Counted from the first letter of the stretch, positions 1-13,754 are shown. The stretch is DNA of 64,000 bases from an uncultured Chloroflexia bacterium (GCA_963751345.1 CAVVUS010000027.1:32001-96000), one strand, 5' to 3'. The notes: generated by a model not told the origin, from the letters alone. Numbers and translations: made by a program.

Positions 1-1825
1 CGGCGCGGCCATCCTGACCTTGACGGTCAGGGGACCAACAGGGGGGATAGCGTCCAGGATCGTATAGGTCGATGCCACCTGCATCCCGGCTGTATTCACC
101 AGATGCACCAGCAGCCGACCATCCTTCCTGCGCACGGCGACGTCAACGCACGGTGGCCCATCAAACCTCGACCAGTGGACTTGGGAATAGGATCTGCATC
201 ACGCCCTTCAGGAAGTCGCGCACCTGGGGCGTGTGACATCTTAGGTGAACACTTCCCAACGGTCCGTAGATCGCGCCCACCTTCCCCTCGCCGAACCTGG
301 CCACCGTCGCGGCAGGCTCAGCCTGTACGCGTGTGTCGAACTTCGGATAACGCCAACCGACGACCTCAGCATTGACGACCTGAACTTCCTGCCAGGCGCC
401 CTCGCACATGCCCATCAGAGACCCTGCTAACAGGTAGTCGTAGCGTGTGACGGGATCACCCAATAGTGTCACCCCAGCCTCATCTGCGAAGAGTTGGGCT
501 GTCTCAGCGCCAATAATCAGCAGACTTCCTCCCTGTCGCACATAGTCGATCAAGGCCGTCCGGAACTCGGGGGTAAGCACGTGAATCTCCGGCAACACGA
601 TCACCGGATAGTCGGCAAGCCGGCCCTGGATTTGGTGCTCTGCGACTACATCCACGGAGTAGCCCGCCTCCAGCAACGCGTGCAGTGTCCCCTCCACCGC
701 GTTGTGCTCGCCCTCATAGGCGCGGAGCACACCGTTTGTCTTGTCGTAGAAGGCTGTGGCGGAGAGAAGCAAGGCAACCTGCGGCACGCTCTCGGTCTTG
801 TGGGAGAGCTCCTGGCGCTCGCGACAGAAGTCCGAGACCTCACCCACAACCTCCACGAGCAGCGGGTCGAACCAACCTGCACGCGTCGGCGTGTAGTAGA
901 CCTGGAAGCCCCCTCCCTGGGAAAGGACCACCGAAGCCTCCTGCTTCAACTGGATCGCCGGCTTGTGGGTACGGTGATGGGTGGATCCATCGCCCCACCA
1001 CGAAAAACCCCACGCCATCAAATCCCAGGGCATCCCGGTACTCGCGATGTACCGCGCCTCGAAACGTGCCGTATTGACTGAATCCTGTGCACTGTAATCG
1101 CCCGAGATGAAATCGAGCGGGGCTTGGACCGGACGAGGGGCGAACCCCGTGTACATCCAGTTGCTCGTGATTTCAAGACCGGGTTTGAACGCGTGGAGAT
1201 CGTCCAGGTAATGGGTCAGGTAGCGCTCAAACTGCTGCCGGTGAAACTCCAGCCACTCGTGCCAGTGCGGGTCCTTGGGCGAGAGAGGTGCGACGGCGTA
1301 TCCTGTGGCCTGCCTCCAGGCTTCGATTGCCATCGGGCCGTAGTCGACCACGGTGCCCCAGCACTCGCCATCGACCCATGCCCCGTCGAGATCGTACTCT
1401 GCAAAAACCTCCTTGAGTTGCGGGATCATCAGGCGGTCCACGTAGGGACCGAAAGTACTTGTCGCCCCATTGGGGGCAGGCTCACCCTCAGCGGTACGGG
1501 CCGCCCACTCGGGATGCATCGCCACAGCCTTCTGATCAATGACACCCGAGTAGTGAATGAAAAGACGTACACCGTAGCGTTTGGTGACCGCACGCCAGAT
1601 CGCCAACGCGTCCTTCACGATGCCGGGAGACGCCCACCCAACCTCCGTGGGGTAGCTGGCATACCCGGGATGTCCTTTGCAGTCCTGCTGGACGTAGTCA
1701 GGTTTGACGCGTGCCAACAGGAGTTCGATCATCTCCTCGGTCACATCGGCGCCCAGCTCCGTGTCGCGCTCGTTGGCATGGAGATCGAAGTGAATACCGA
1801 AGAAAGCGTTCTTACGAGAGACCAT
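1..1825 (-). CDS. Putative glycoside hydrolase (GHL6/alpha-fucosidase-like TIM barrel + beta-galactosidase trimerisation domain); frameshift near 165, runs off window start
   Basis: ORF 161..1849. ATG at 1825 with GGAGG RBS. Motifs FFGIHFDLH, DCKGHPG, LDGAWVDGE. Reading continues in a shifted frame as DGPPCVDVAVRRKDGRLLVHLVN. Confidence 0.7.
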
Positions 1826-2015
1826 CTTCCCTCCTGTGTGGGCTACCATCCAGCAGGTCCAGTATAGGATAGTTGGACGAATCCAACAACCACGGAGGAA
1901 TTGCCCTATCGAAGAGTGATATAATAGGCCGAACCTGTCGACGATAAGAGTGTAGCCTCTCCATCACGTGCCGAAGCGAGACCCGGCAGGCATCGAGGCT
2001 GGTTGAGGAGTCACT

Positions 2016-3173
2016 GTGACCTATAGTATCAGGCGCTTTCTGCGCATCACCTATATGGCCTTTTTCAAGGCCGAAAACACAACGGCTAGGATCACACCCA
2101 AGCGCATCTTCGTGCTCCTGCTTTTCTATGCCATCTATTTCGTAGTGGAGAGCATCACGTGGTTCGGCTTTCTACTCGACGAGATACTCTTCGCAGGCTA
2201 TCGTCGGCAGGAGGTCAAACAACCCATCTTCATCGTTGGCAATCCCCGCAGTGGTACGACCTTCCTTCATCGACTGCTGGCCAGGGACGTAACCAACTTC
2301 CAAAGCATCCATCTCTGGGAGATCCTCTTTGCCCCCTCCGTGACTCAACGCAAGGTGGCTTGGGCGGTCGGAAGCATGGACCGCTTGCTGGGAGGGCTGC
2401 TGCACCGGCTGGTTCTGTGGTTCGACCACCACTTCGTCCGCGCCTCCAACGCGATGCACAGGATGAGCCTGGTCGTCCCAGAAGAGGATGAATACTTCCT
2501 TATTCATCAGGGCGCGACTATCATTGCAGGGCTCTTCTTCGGGTTTCCCGAAGCAGCCCTCCCCTTCGTCTACTTCGACACCCGTCTCTCCCGCTGGGAA
2601 AAGGGCAAAGTGATGCGCTTTTACAGGCATTGCCTCCAGCGGCACATCTATGCTCACAGAGACCACCGGCATATCGTGTCAAAGAACCCGTTCTTCACTC
2701 CCAAGGTCGATTCGCTCTACCGGTTCTTCCCCGACGCAAAGATCATCTACCTTGCGCGGAATCCGCTCAGCGTGGTACCGTCATATGCCAGTCTCTCAGC
2801 TCATTGGTGGCAGGTTCTAGGGGAGCCAGAGAAACGCTATCCCCACCCCGACTACATCCTTGAATCCACACAGCATTGGTATCGCTATCCCGTCGAGCGT
2901 CTTGATCGCGCCCCGGAGGAGAGCCGCATCTTCGTGAATTTCCACGAGCTCGTGGCTGACCCCAAACGCATCGTAACCGAGATCTACGATCACTTTGGCC
3001 TGGAAATCAGCCCCGAGTTTGCCCAGATCCTCGTGGAGGAGACGGAAAAGTCCTGCGAGCATGAAAGCAACCACCAGTACTCGCTTGAGGGTGTCGGATT
3101 CACGCGAGAGCAGATTCTGTCTACCTACCAGGACATATTCGAACGATGGGGGTTCGACCGCGAAGCATCTTAG
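2016..3173 (+). CDS. PAPS-dependent sulfotransferase family protein
   Basis: PIFIVGNPRSGTTFLHRLL (5'-PSB loop), KNP, FPDAKIIYLARNP motifs; N-terminal hydrophobic segment. Confidence 0.85.
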   Translation: MTYSIRRFLRITYMAFFKAENTTARITPKRIFVLLLFYAIYFVVESITWFGFLLDEILFAGYRRQEVKQPIFIVGNPRSGTTFLHRLLARDVTNFQSIHLWEILFAPSVTQRKVAWAVGSMDRLLGGLLHRLVLWFDHHFVRASNAMHRMSLVVPEEDEYFLIHQGATIIAGLFFGFPEAALPFVYFDTRLSRWEKGKVMRFYRHCLQRHIYAHRDHRHIVSKNPFFTPKVDSLYRFFPDAKIIYLARNPLSVVPSYASLSAHWWQVLGEPEKRYPHPDYILESTQHWYRYPVERLDRAPEESRIFVNFHELVADPKRIVTEIYDHFGLEISPEFAQILVEETEKSCEHESNHQYSLEGVGFTREQILSTYQDIFERWGFDREAS

Positions 3174-3257
3174 TCCCACTGCTCCGGCGACAACAGGGAA
3201 CCTTCTAGCGGCGCCGGGCGTCCAGATAGTACGGACCCGATAGTGCTGGGAGGTACT

Positions 3258-6200
3258 ATGAGAAAACTCGCGTTGTGCCCGATCCTCGTGCTGCTCCTGG
3301 TTGTTATCCTGACCGCTTGTGGACGCGTCCCGCCGGTCTCGCAGACCCCAACCGTGACACCGGTCACGATGACCCCAACGCCACGGGTGACGAGCACGCC
3401 GCTTCCGCCGCCCCCGGCCCTGCCGTTCACCCCAATGCCGCCGGACCTGCTCTCGCCCATCGTGATACAACACAGCCCGAGTCGGGGCCAAACGCTCACG
3501 CCGGACGGCGCCGTCGAGCTAGTATTCGATAAGCCCATGGACCAACAGGCGGTCGCCAAGGCGCTACGGGTCGAGCGCGCCGGCGCCGCGGAGCCCATCG
3601 CCGGAACGCTCTCGTGGACTGACAACCGCACGGCACACTTCCAGCCCTCCGCTGCGCTGCCACGCGACACTTCCTTTGACGTCATCCTTACCCAGGATGC
3701 AGCAGCTCAGACAGGAGAGCCCTTAGGGGCGCCCTTCACTTTCCGCTTCGCCACGGCGGGTTACCTGGAGGTAGCCCAGGCGATCCCGGCGCCGGATACT
3801 ATCGACGTGGAGACGGACGCCGCGATCACGGTTATCTTCAACCGGCCCGTCGTGCCGCTGACGACCATCGCCGAGATGGACAACCTACCCCATCCGCTCT
3901 CCTTTGAGCCCGCCATCGCGGGCTCCGGTGAGTGGGTCAACACGTCGATCTACGTCTTCACGCCCGACGAGCCCCTTGCCGGCGGGCTCACCTATCAGGC
4001 CACCGTCTCAGCCGAGCTTCAGGACATCGCGGGAGCCACGCTGCCGGAGGCGTATAGTTGGCGATTCAGCACGCTCCCGCCCGCCGTGACGTGGGTCACC
4101 CCCCGTGAGGATAGCACCCTCGTCGACATCAACACCCCCATCAGGATGCAGTTCAACCAACCCATCGACCTGACGTCCGCCGGCGAGGCCTTCCACTTGA
4201 GTAGCGGTGGCCTCCTCGGAGGCACAGTCCGCGGCACATACGGTGTCGAGGGTAGCACGCTGATCTTCACGCCGGCGCAGTCGCTCGACTTCAACACCCG
4301 CTACACCGCCAATCTCGATGCAGGCGTCACGTCATCTGCGGGCGGCGAGGGCATGGCGCAACCCTTTGGCTGGCGCTTTACGACGGTCCCTCTGCCCAAC
4401 ATCGTGGAGACATATCCTGCCGATGGCAATAGGAATGCCCCGCCAAATACGGAGTTCCGGATTGTTTTCAACACCCCGATCGACCCCGCGACAGTAATGC
4501 CCAACCTGACGATGACGCCGCCGATGTCGCCCACCCTCGTCTACACCTACTACGCCGAGTACAACAACACCTTCGTGCTCTATTTTGGAGCAGAGCCGTC
4601 GAGTGACTACGTCGTGACCATTGATGATGGCATTGCGGATCCCTACGGCAACACGATCCCACGAGGTCGCATCGTGAGGTTTCGGACCGGGCCGTTGTCA
4701 CCGAGCTACCAACTGCGTATACCCGATTTCGTCAGCACGTATGACGCGGGCCTCCCGGCACACCTTGCGCTGACGTACATCAATCTCAATCGTGTAGACC
4801 TGAAGCTCTACCGGCTCCCCCTGAGCACGATCACCGATCGTCTATGGGAGTGGCAGTATCAGGACAGGGCACCCGGCCAAGACGCCCTGCTACGTGAATG
4901 GGAGGAGCGTCTCGAGGCGCCCCTGAACAAACAGCAGACCACGGTGGTCGACCTTACTGAGACGACGGACGGCACGCTGGCGCCCGGCGTCTACTTGCTT
5001 GACGTCGACGCCCCCGACCTCGACCCCAACCAATACTTGCGCCACCAACGCCACATCCTGGTGGTCTCGGACCTCAATCTCACACTCAAGGCGGGGGCCG
5101 AAGATGCCTTGATTTGGGTTACGGACCTGGCTACGGGAGCACCGGTGCCGAATCTCGCACTCACCGTCGTTGAAAGTGACGGCGCCTTCCGGCGGACCGC
5201 GGTGACGGATCGCGATGGGGTAGCCGGCCTTGACCTCCCCCGTGACCACTACACCATCCTGGCCTACAGCGAAGCTCCCTTCGGTGCCGTCTCTGCCGAC
5301 TGGGGACGCGGCATCGGTCCCTGGGACTTCGGAGTGAATGAGGGTATGGCGGGCCAGCGGCAGAGAACCTACATCTACACGGATCGCCCGATCTACCGAC
5401 CGGGGCAGACAGTGGCCTTCAAGGGTGTGCTGCGTGCGGAAGAGGATGCGATCTACAGCCTGCCCGGCGTGACCCAGGTCACGGTGACGATCAGGGACGT
5501 CACGGGCGAGGAGCTCCTCAACAAACCGCTGGCGGTCAGCGACCAGGGCACCTTCGAAGGCACCTTGGCCCTTTCCGATGGCGCAGCGCTGGGTGACTAC
5601 GCTATCAGTGCCGCCTTCGGCGACGACTATAGCCAGGCCACCTTCACCGTTGCTGAATACCGCGCGCCTGAGTTCCAGATCGCCGTGAGCGCCGATCAGG
5701 ACGAGATGCAGAAAGGCGACGATCTCAACGCCGAAATCGCCCTCAGCTACTTCTTCGGCGGCCCGCTGAGAGACACGCCGGTCGCCTGGCATGTCCTCGC
5801 TGAACGATACACATTCGAGCCCCCCTGGGGCGGGCGCTATACCTTCAGCGATATCGAGGATCCCTACACGTGCTTCGACTGCTGGTGGCAAGAGCCCACC
5901 AATCCGGAGCCGTTGCTGAGTGGCCAGGGCACGACAGGCCCGGACGGCATCTTGAGGGTCCACATCGATGGCAGCGAACTGGCGGATGCACTTGGCCGTG
6001 GACCCCAACGCATCACCTTCGAGGCGACCGCGACCGGCCCCGACAATCAGGAGATCGCAGGGCGCACCTCAACGATTGTCCACCCCGGCCCGTTCTATAT
6101 AGGCCTCCAGGCGCGGTCGTACGTCGGCGAAGCCGGTGAGGAAAGCAACATCGACCTTGTCGTCGTCGACTGGCAGGGCGAACGCCAGCCCGACACGCCG

Positions 6201-9200
6201 GTTCACGTCACCTTCTACCGGCGGGAATGGATCAACACGTTTGTGGAGAACGATGCCGGCGGTGGATCGTGGCAGTGGGAGACCAAGGAAACAAAGGTCG
6301 ACGAAACCACGGTCACCACCGACGAGCTTGGCGAGGCCGTCGCCACGTTTGTCCCTGCCGAGGGTGGCTCCTATCACGTCGTCGCCGAGCCCGCCAACGC
6401 TACCTCCGCCACACAGGCCATCCGATCCTCTATGTTCATCTGGGTGTCGGGATCGAATTACGTCTCGTGGCGTCGCGAGAATAACGACCGGATCACGCTT
6501 GTGAGCGACAAGGCGACCTATGAGGTGGGGGATACAGCGGAGATCTTGATTCCCTCGCCCTTTGAGGCTCCAACGATGGCCCTGGTGACCGTTGAGCGGG
6601 AAGGCGTCCGCCGTCACGAGGTCATCCGCCTGGAGACCAATAGTGCGATCTACAGGCTGCCTATCGTCGAAGGAGACATCCCCAACGTCTACGTCTCCGT
6701 GGTGTTGATCAAACCGCGCGGTGGTGACGTCGCAGCCCTCAAGATGGGGCTGCTTCCCCTGGCGGTCGATCTCGGGCCCAAGACCCTGGACGTGTCAATC
6801 GAGGCCGATCGGGACCAGGCCCAGCCGGGAGAAAGCGTCACGTACGCACTCACGGCACTGACACCCGAAGGGCGGCCCGCCGCCGGGGCGGAGCTGTCGC
6901 TCGACCTCATCGACAAGGCGGTGTTGAGCCTCAAGCCGCGCACCGACGACATCCTGCACCGCCTCTATGCGGCCCGAATGCTCCAGGTATTCACTGCCGG
7001 CGGTCTGACAGTCTCGGAGAATCGCTATCTCAAGGAACTCTCCGACGAGCTTAACCTCTCCGAGAACCTTCTGGCACAGTACGGTTTGGGCGGAGGCGGC
7101 GACGCAATGGACAAGGCGCTGGTGCCTATGGAGGCCCCGGCACCTATGGCAACATCCGTTGCATCCGAGGCTAGGGAAGGCATGCGATCCTCTGCATCTG
7201 CTCCTGAGGGCGTGGAGGTACGCGAGGAATTCGCGGACACCGCATTCTGGAGTCCACGCGTAACCACCGATTCGGAAGGTAAGGCCTCGGTGACAGTGAC
7301 ACTCCCCGACAACCTGACGACGTGGGTCGCGCGGACGGTCGGGCTCACGGCTAAGACCGTGGTCGGCGAGGCTACGGCAGAGGTTGTGGCAACCAAGCCA
7401 CTTCTCGTTCGCCCCGTGGCACCGAGGTTCTTCGTGGTCGACGACCGCGCACAGCTTGCGGCTAACGTCTCAAACAACACCGACGCGGCCCTCAGTGTAG
7501 ACGTCGGCCTCAGCACCGGCGGGCTGCAGATTGCAGCGGACACGCCGGCCCACCAGACAGTTTCGGTCCCGGCACACGCTGAAGCCAAGGTCACGTGGTG
7601 GGTCACCGTCGAGGATGTAACTGACGCGGACCTCATCTTCAGCGCCGACCTCCGGCACCTATACAGATGCCAGCAGGCCTCGCCTGACCACGGGTCCGGA
7701 TGGCACCCTTCTGGTGCTGCGCTATACCTCCCCGGACACCGTGGGAACCGCCGGGCAGCTCATCGACGGGGGCTCGCGAACCGAGGCCATCGCACTCCCG
7801 CCCGCTTTCGATGACCGCCGCGGGCAGCTTACGGTAGAGCTCGATCCCAGCCTCGCCGCTGGAATGCAGGCAGGGCTGGACTATCTGGAGCACTACGAGT
7901 ATGAGTGCACCGAACAGACGGTCAGCCGTTTCCTGCCCAATGTCTTGACCTACAGGGCGTTGACGTCGCTGGGTATTGCCAATGCGGACCTGGAAGAGCG
8001 TCTGCCAGGCCTGATCGACGAGGGCTTGGGCAAGCTCTATCTCCAGCAGAACCCCGACGGCGGATGGGGTTGGTGGTACGATGCGCAGCATCCGCAGAGC
8101 AACCCCTACGTGAGCGCCTACGTCGTCTTCGCGCTGCTCCAAGCGCGCCAGACGGGGATCGGCGTAGATACGTCGGTGCTGAGCCAGGGGCTGACCTACC
8201 TGAAGTCCCAGATCGAACCCGTGGACGGGCTGTTGACCTATCGCGAGGCGAACCGGCAGGCATGGCTGCTGTACGTTCTGGCCGAGGGCCAGGCTGTGAA
8301 CCGGGGCGACATCGACGACCTCTACGCCCAGCGCGACAAGCTCAGCAGCTATGGGAGGGCGTACCTGGCCCAGACGATTTGGCTGCTTTCGCCCAACGAC
8401 AGCCGCCTGGCCACCCTGCTCTCGGATCTGAATACCGCCGCACTCCTGAGTGCGACCGGCGCCCACTGGGAGGAGTCCCGTCCCGACTGGTGGGCTATGA
8501 ACACCGACACACGCTCCACGGCGATCGTGCTGGATACCCTGACGAAGCTCGATCCCGGCAACGAACTGATCCCCAACGTCGTCCGCTGGTTGATGGTCGC
8601 TCGCGAGGGTGGTATCTGGGAGACGACGCAGGAAACAGCCTGGGCCCTGATCTCGCTCACCGACTGGATGGTCGAGACCGGGGAACTCAACGCAGCCTAC
8701 GACTTCGCCTTCTACCTCAACGACGTCGAGCAGGCCGGCGGCACCGCGACAGCCGACACCGTGCGCGAGAGCGTCACGACCTCTATTCCCATCTCGGCGC
8801 TCGCGGCAGGCACGACCAACGCGCTCACCATCGCGCGGACAGAAGGAGCAGGCCGCCTCTACTATTCGGCGCACCTCCAGGTCTACCTACCCGTCGAGGA
8901 TATCGCGGCAGAAGATCGTGGCTTCGTTGTCTATCGACGCTATACCATGGCTGACTGCGAGGCAGAGGATCGTCGAGAGTGCCCGGAGGTACGCGAGGCG
9001 AAGCTGGGTGACGTGATCCGCGTGGATCTCACGCTGATCGCCCCACACGATCGTTACTACGTGGTGGTTGAGGATCCGCTCCCTGCAGGAGGAGAAGCGG
9101 TCGATACCGGCCTTGCTACGACGAGCCTGTTAGCGATGACGCCCCAACTCCAGCGCGACAGCTCGCGCTTCTGGTGGTGGTGGCATTGGTACAGCCGGAG

Positions 9201-9387
9201 CGAACTCCGCGACGAGAAAGTCGTCCTCTTTGCAGACGTTCTGCCTGCGGGCACCTACGAGTACAGCTACACGTTCCGCACGACGCTGCCGGGTGACTAT
9301 CACGTCATCCCCACAACGGCCACCGAGTTCTACTTTCCCGAAGTCTTCGGACGGAGCGAAGGCAGGCTCCTGACCATCGGCGAGTAG
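3258..9387 (+). CDS. Bacterial alpha-2-macroglobulin-family lipoprotein with N-terminal Ig-like (Big_5) repeats; frameshift near 7650
   Basis: Lipobox LTAC. Repeated FNRP/FNQP Ig-like domains. YTDRPIYRPGQ, VREEFADTAFW, LPDNLTTW, thioester motif YECTEQ. ORFs 3243..7814 and 7714..9387. Confidence 0.9.
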
Positions 9388-9400
9388 CTCCTCAGCTCAC

Positions 9401-9458
9401 GAACAGCGCCCCCTGGCTGCTGCGTCCTGCCGACGCCTGGCCGGGGGGCGCTCTGTTC
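9401..9458 (+). terminator. GC-rich hairpin downstream of the alpha-2-macroglobulin gene
   Basis: GAACAGCGCCCCCTGGC ... GCCGGGGGGCGCTCTGTTC imperfect inverted repeat. Confidence 0.5.
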
Positions 9459-9613
9459 ACCACGGAATCCCATTCCGCAGGTTACTTTTCAGGATGTGCA
9501 TGCGGACTACAAAAACTGGCCGTTTTCAAAATCATGAATATACTATGGATATAATCATGGGTCACACTGCCTGCAACGCCAGCTCGCGTACTTAGCCAAC
9601 CAAGGAGACGAGA

Positions 9614-9850
9614 ATGACCGCAATCAAGGACATGGTGGAGTTCATCGCCAAGGGCCTAGCAGACAACCCCGATGCCGTGCGCGTTTCTGAGTCCATTGGA
9701 GACAGCGTCATCATGATCGAGATGAACGTCGGTGCAGAGGATATGGGCCGGCTCATTGGGCGCAAGGGCCGGACCATCAACGCTATCCGCTCTCTCGCCC
9801 GCATTCTCGGCGCCAAGATGGAAAAGAAGGTCAACGTCGAGATTGTCTGA
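9614..9850 (+). CDS. khpA: KH-domain RNA-binding protein (KhpA/YlqC family)
   Basis: 78 aa, EDMGRLIGRKGRTINAIR KH motif, AAGGAG RBS. Confidence 0.85.
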   Translation: MTAIKDMVEFIAKGLADNPDAVRVSESIGDSVIMIEMNVGAEDMGRLIGRKGRTINAIRSLARILGAKMEKKVNVEIV

Positions 9851-9864
9851 GCGCGTCTCTCGAT

Positions 9865-11546
9865 CTATAGGGCGACGCGTGGCTGATACTCGCCCCAGAC
9901 ACCGCGCAAGACGGCACAGATCTCACCAAGCGTACATCCGGCTTCTACGGCCTCACCAAAGAGTGCCATCATCGGCGCTTCGGGTTTTCGCGCGGCTTCT
10001 TCAATCCGGCTGAGGAGGGCCGAGACGCGCGAGTTATCCCGCCGCGGATCGCAGCTCGGCCAACCGTCGCCGCTGATCGACCTCGACTGCAGGATCGACC
10101 TTGAGCTGGTCAATCTCCAGTTCTTCGCCCTCGTCCTGGAATTCGTTGACCCCGACGATCGTCTGATCGCCTCGCTCGATAGCCAGTTGCGCTCGATAGG
10201 CGGCCTCCGCGATCTCAGCCTGCATGTAGCCCTGCTCGACCGCGACAGGTGCCCCACCCAACTCGTCGATCGTGTCGAATATAGTCGAGGGCGCGACGCT
10301 CGATCTCCTGGGTCAAGCCCTCGATGTGGTAGGATCCTGCCAGGGGATCAACGGCGTCGGGAACACCGGATTCGTATGCGATGATCTGCTGCGTGCGCAG
10401 GGCGACCCGCACGCTCTCCTCGGTGGGCAGCCAGAGCGCCTCGTCCATCGAGTTGGTATGCAGCGACTGGGTCCCCCCTAAGACGGCGGCGAGTGCCTGC
10501 ATTGTCACCCGGATGACGTTGTTCATAGGCTGCTGAGCGGTCAGTGTGGAACCGGCAGTCTGCGTATGGAAGCGCAAGAGCCACGACCGGTAGTCTTTCG
10601 CACCAAAGCGATCCCGCATGATTCGAGCCCACATGCGCCGGGCCGCACGGAACTTCGCGACCTCCTCCAGGAAATTGCTGTGGGCGCTGAAGAAAAAGGA
10701 GAGCCGCGGCGCAAAGTCATCCACATCCAGTCCCGCATCTACCGCGGCCCGAACGTAGGCGATGCCGTTGGCCAGCGTGAAGGCAATCTCCTGGACAGCG
10801 GTGCTGCCCGCCTCGCGGATGTGGTAGCCGCTGATACTGATGGGATTCCAAGCCGGCACCCTATCCGCTCCGTAGCGGAACGTATCCGTGATGAGACGCA
10901 TCGAGGGTCGAGGTGGGAATATATACGTGCCCCGCGCCACGTACTCCTTGAGGATATCGTTCTGGATGGTGCCACGAAGTTGCCCGGGGGCCACGCCCTG
11001 GGACTTAGCGACAGCGATGTACATAGCCCAAAGGACGGCAGCGGGTGCATTGATCGTCATCGAGGTGCTCACCTTGTCGAGTGGGATCTCCTCGAACAGC
11101 CGGCGCATGTCGTCCAGGCAACTGATTGAGACGCCTACCCGTCCCACCTCCCCGAGGCACATCTCGTCATCTGCGTCGTATCCCAGTTGCGTCGGCAGAT
11201 CGAAGGCCACAGAAAGGCCCGTCTGTCCCTGCTCCAGAAGATAGCGGTAACGCCGGTTAGACTCCTCCGCGGAAGCATAGCCCGCGTACTGGCGCATTGT
11301 CCAGAAGCGCCCCCGGTACATCGTCGGCTGCACGCCGCGCGTAAAAGGGTACTCCCCCGGGAAACCCAGATCGGCGAGATAGTCCACGGCAACGTCGGCA
11401 GGCGTCTCAACCGCAGGCACCGGAATGCCGGAGGTCGTCTCGAAGTGTGAGCGCCGCTCGGGGAAGCGGCTCACCGCTCTCTCGTAGGCCGTCTCACGCC
11501 ATATCGCTTGCTGGCGCCGAATCTCCTCGTACTCAGGGTCGTTCAT
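9865..11546 (-). CDS. Methylmalonyl-CoA mutase family, substrate-binding (large) subunit; two frameshifts near 10260 and 10030
   Basis: [50 protein letters not shown]; no B12-binding domain in this gene. Confidence 0.9.
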
Positions 11547-11565
11547 CGCTCCCTCCACAGCTTGA

Positions 11566-13329
11566 CTAGGCAAGCTTCTCGAGTTCGTCGAGCCTCTCGG
11601 CCACGAGGTCGAAGCCGTTCTGCCAAAACTGCGCGGACGACATGTCAAAGCCGGCCTCCCGGATGATCCGGTCAGGGCTTGCCGATCCGCCATATGAAAG
11701 GATGCGGAGATAGTGAGGCTCGAACGCCTTGCCCAACTCCTTGTATTTGCGATAGAGCGCCAAGACGAGGAGATTGCCAAATGCATAGGCGTAGCAGTAG
11801 AAAGGGGTGTGGTAGATGTGGGGAATCGCCGTCCACTCCACTGCAAAGTCGTCGCTGAGGGACATCGAGTCGCCCAGTTGTTCGTGGAGGTTCTCCAGGT
11901 AGGCGGTCTTGAGTTCATCCGCCGTCGCGTTGGCAAGCACCATGCTGTGCGCGGTCTTCTCGAAGATGACGAAATACCCCTGACGCATCACGGTCGCATA
12001 GACATCGTCGAGGAATGTCCCCAGCAATGTCGTTCGAACGGCAGGATCCGTCTCCTCAGCGAGGAGTCTGTCCGTCAGAAGCATCTCGCCAAAGACGGAA
12101 GCGGTCTCGGCCATCGGCAGTGCCGAATGAAAGGTCAGAACCGAATGATCGGCCGCCATCATTGCATGAACGGCGTGGCCGAGCTCGTGCGCCAACGTCG
12201 AGACGTCACGGGCCTTGCCTGTGAAGCTGGTCAGAACCCACGGCGTCACGTTCGGCAGAACCCCATAGCAGTAGGCGCCGTCCATCTTGCGGGGACGCAC
12301 CTCGGCGTCAAGGTGCTGCTCCTCGAGCACGCGCATCGCGTGATCGGCCAACGTGGGCGAAAAGGCCCGATAGCTCTCATCCACCAGCCGCACAGCCTCA
12401 TCGAATGAATAGGTCTTCTCGGATTGGGAGAGCGGAGCGTAGAGATCGTAGCGGCGCAGCCGATCGACACCCAACATTCGGGCCTTGAGGGCAAAGAAGC
12501 GCTGAAAGATTGGAGCGTTGTCCCGGATGACGCCGAGCAGGGTCTCGACCACGGCATCCGGTATGTCGTTGGAGAGGTTTCGGACGCTGATGGGGCTGTC
12601 GTATCCGCGGATCTGCACCTGCTCCTGGGTCCAGTCGCGCACGCGTGCCGCATAGACTTCAGCCAGGAGCCCTGTCTGTTCGCTGTAGACGCGATAAAGC
12701 TCCCGATAGGCCGACTCGCGCAGGGGCGGCGACGGATTCGAGACATAGGACATCAACTGTCCGCGCGTCAGTACCTTCTCCTCACCGTCCACAGTCAGGT
12801 GGAACTCGAGAGCCGTAGTAATCATATCGTAGACCGTCAGAAGGCTGTCGATGCCGTTGACGTCCTTGATGTTGATAATCCGCTCCTCGGCCTCGCTCAA
12901 CGTATACGGCTTGAGCAGTCGCAGCGTGTGGAGGTAGTAGGCGGCGTCACCGGCAACCGCCATCAGGCGATTGGCCGCCTCCTCCTCCAGTTGACGCCAC
13001 CAGAGCGTGAAGAAGAGTGTGCGGTTCTCAAGATCGGCCACGAGTTGGGCCGCGCGAGCCCGGAACGCCAGCCGCTCCTGCCCTGCCGTATCCTCCGAGA
13101 ACCACAGATAGCTATACGCAGCCAGCTTCGAAGCATCAGCGTAGAGCTCCTCATAGTGCGTCAGGAGGTCGCGGAACGTCTCCGCCGCCATATCAGGGGA
13201 CAGATCATCACGACGAGCCTCAAACGCCCTCAGACGGTCATCGACCTCCGCAATTTCGGACTCCAGCTCCTGCGAGCCGACCTCCGGGAGCAAGTCCGAG
13301 AGCGTCCATCTCTGTGGTTGGAATGCCAT
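11566..13329 (-). CDS. pepF: Oligoendopeptidase F (M3B family)
   Basis: [11 protein letters not shown] zinc motif, [24 protein letters not shown]. Confidence 0.9.
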   Translation of the reverse strand: MAFQPQRWTLSDLLPEVGSQELESEIAEVDDRLRAFEARRDDLSPDMAAETFRDLLTHYEELYADASKLAAYSYLWFSEDTAGQERLAFRARAAQLVADLENRTLFFTLWWRQLEEEAANRLMAVAGDAAYYLHTLRLLKPYTLSEAEERIINIKDVNGIDSLLTVYDMITTALEFHLTVDGEEKVLTRGQLMSYVSNPSPPLRESAYRELYRVYSEQTGLLAEVYAARVRDWTQEQVQIRGYDSPISVRNLSNDIPDAVVETLLGVIRDNAPIFQRFFALKARMLGVDRLRRYDLYAPLSQSEKTYSFDEAVRLVDESYRAFSPTLADHAMRVLEEQHLDAEVRPRKMDGAYCYGVLPNVTPWVLTSFTGKARDVSTLAHELGHAVHAMMAADHSVLTFHSALPMAETASVFGEMLLTDRLLAEETDPAVRTTLLGTFLDDVYATVMRQGYFVIFEKTAHSMVLANATADELKTAYLENLHEQLGDSMSLSDDFAVEWTAIPHIYHTPFYCYAYAFGNLLVLALYRKYKELGKAFEPHYLRILSYGGSASPDRIIREAGFDMSSAQFWQNGFDLVAERLDELEKLA

Positions 13330-13348
13330 GCACTCACCTCCATCCGAA

Positions 13349-13754
13349 TCACTTATGTAGATGGCCACGCTGACGGGATCTCCACACAGCCGTGACCCAC
13401 GTCAACAGGATCACAAGCCCGATGTAGAGACCCGTCAGGACAAGGTCGCGGGGCCAGAGCCGCCGGGCATACGAGGAGTGGTCACCCAGCAGTTTGGTCA
13501 GACCAGAGGGTCACCTGGTACAACACAGCGCTGCCGACGAGGGCGACTGGAGAGAAGCGTTCGTCAGACGCCAGATAAACAGCCGCTATCGCCAGGAAAA
13601 CGAGGCCCCATACAATGTAAGCCACGCCCAGCACGACAAGCAGCCCCGCCACCGAACTCACAACCGGCGAGATGAAGACCCCTAGCACACCACGAACGAT
13701 ATTGGCGACGCCAATACCCACATATAGAATCAACAGAATCCACTGTGCAAACAC
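13349..13754 (-). CDS. Hypothetical membrane protein (about 4 TM), frameshift near 13500
   Basis: Hydrophobic ORF 13482..13754 continues in a shifted frame (LTKLLGDHSSYARRLWPRDLVLTGLYIGLVILLTW) to TGA at 13349. Confidence 0.55.
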
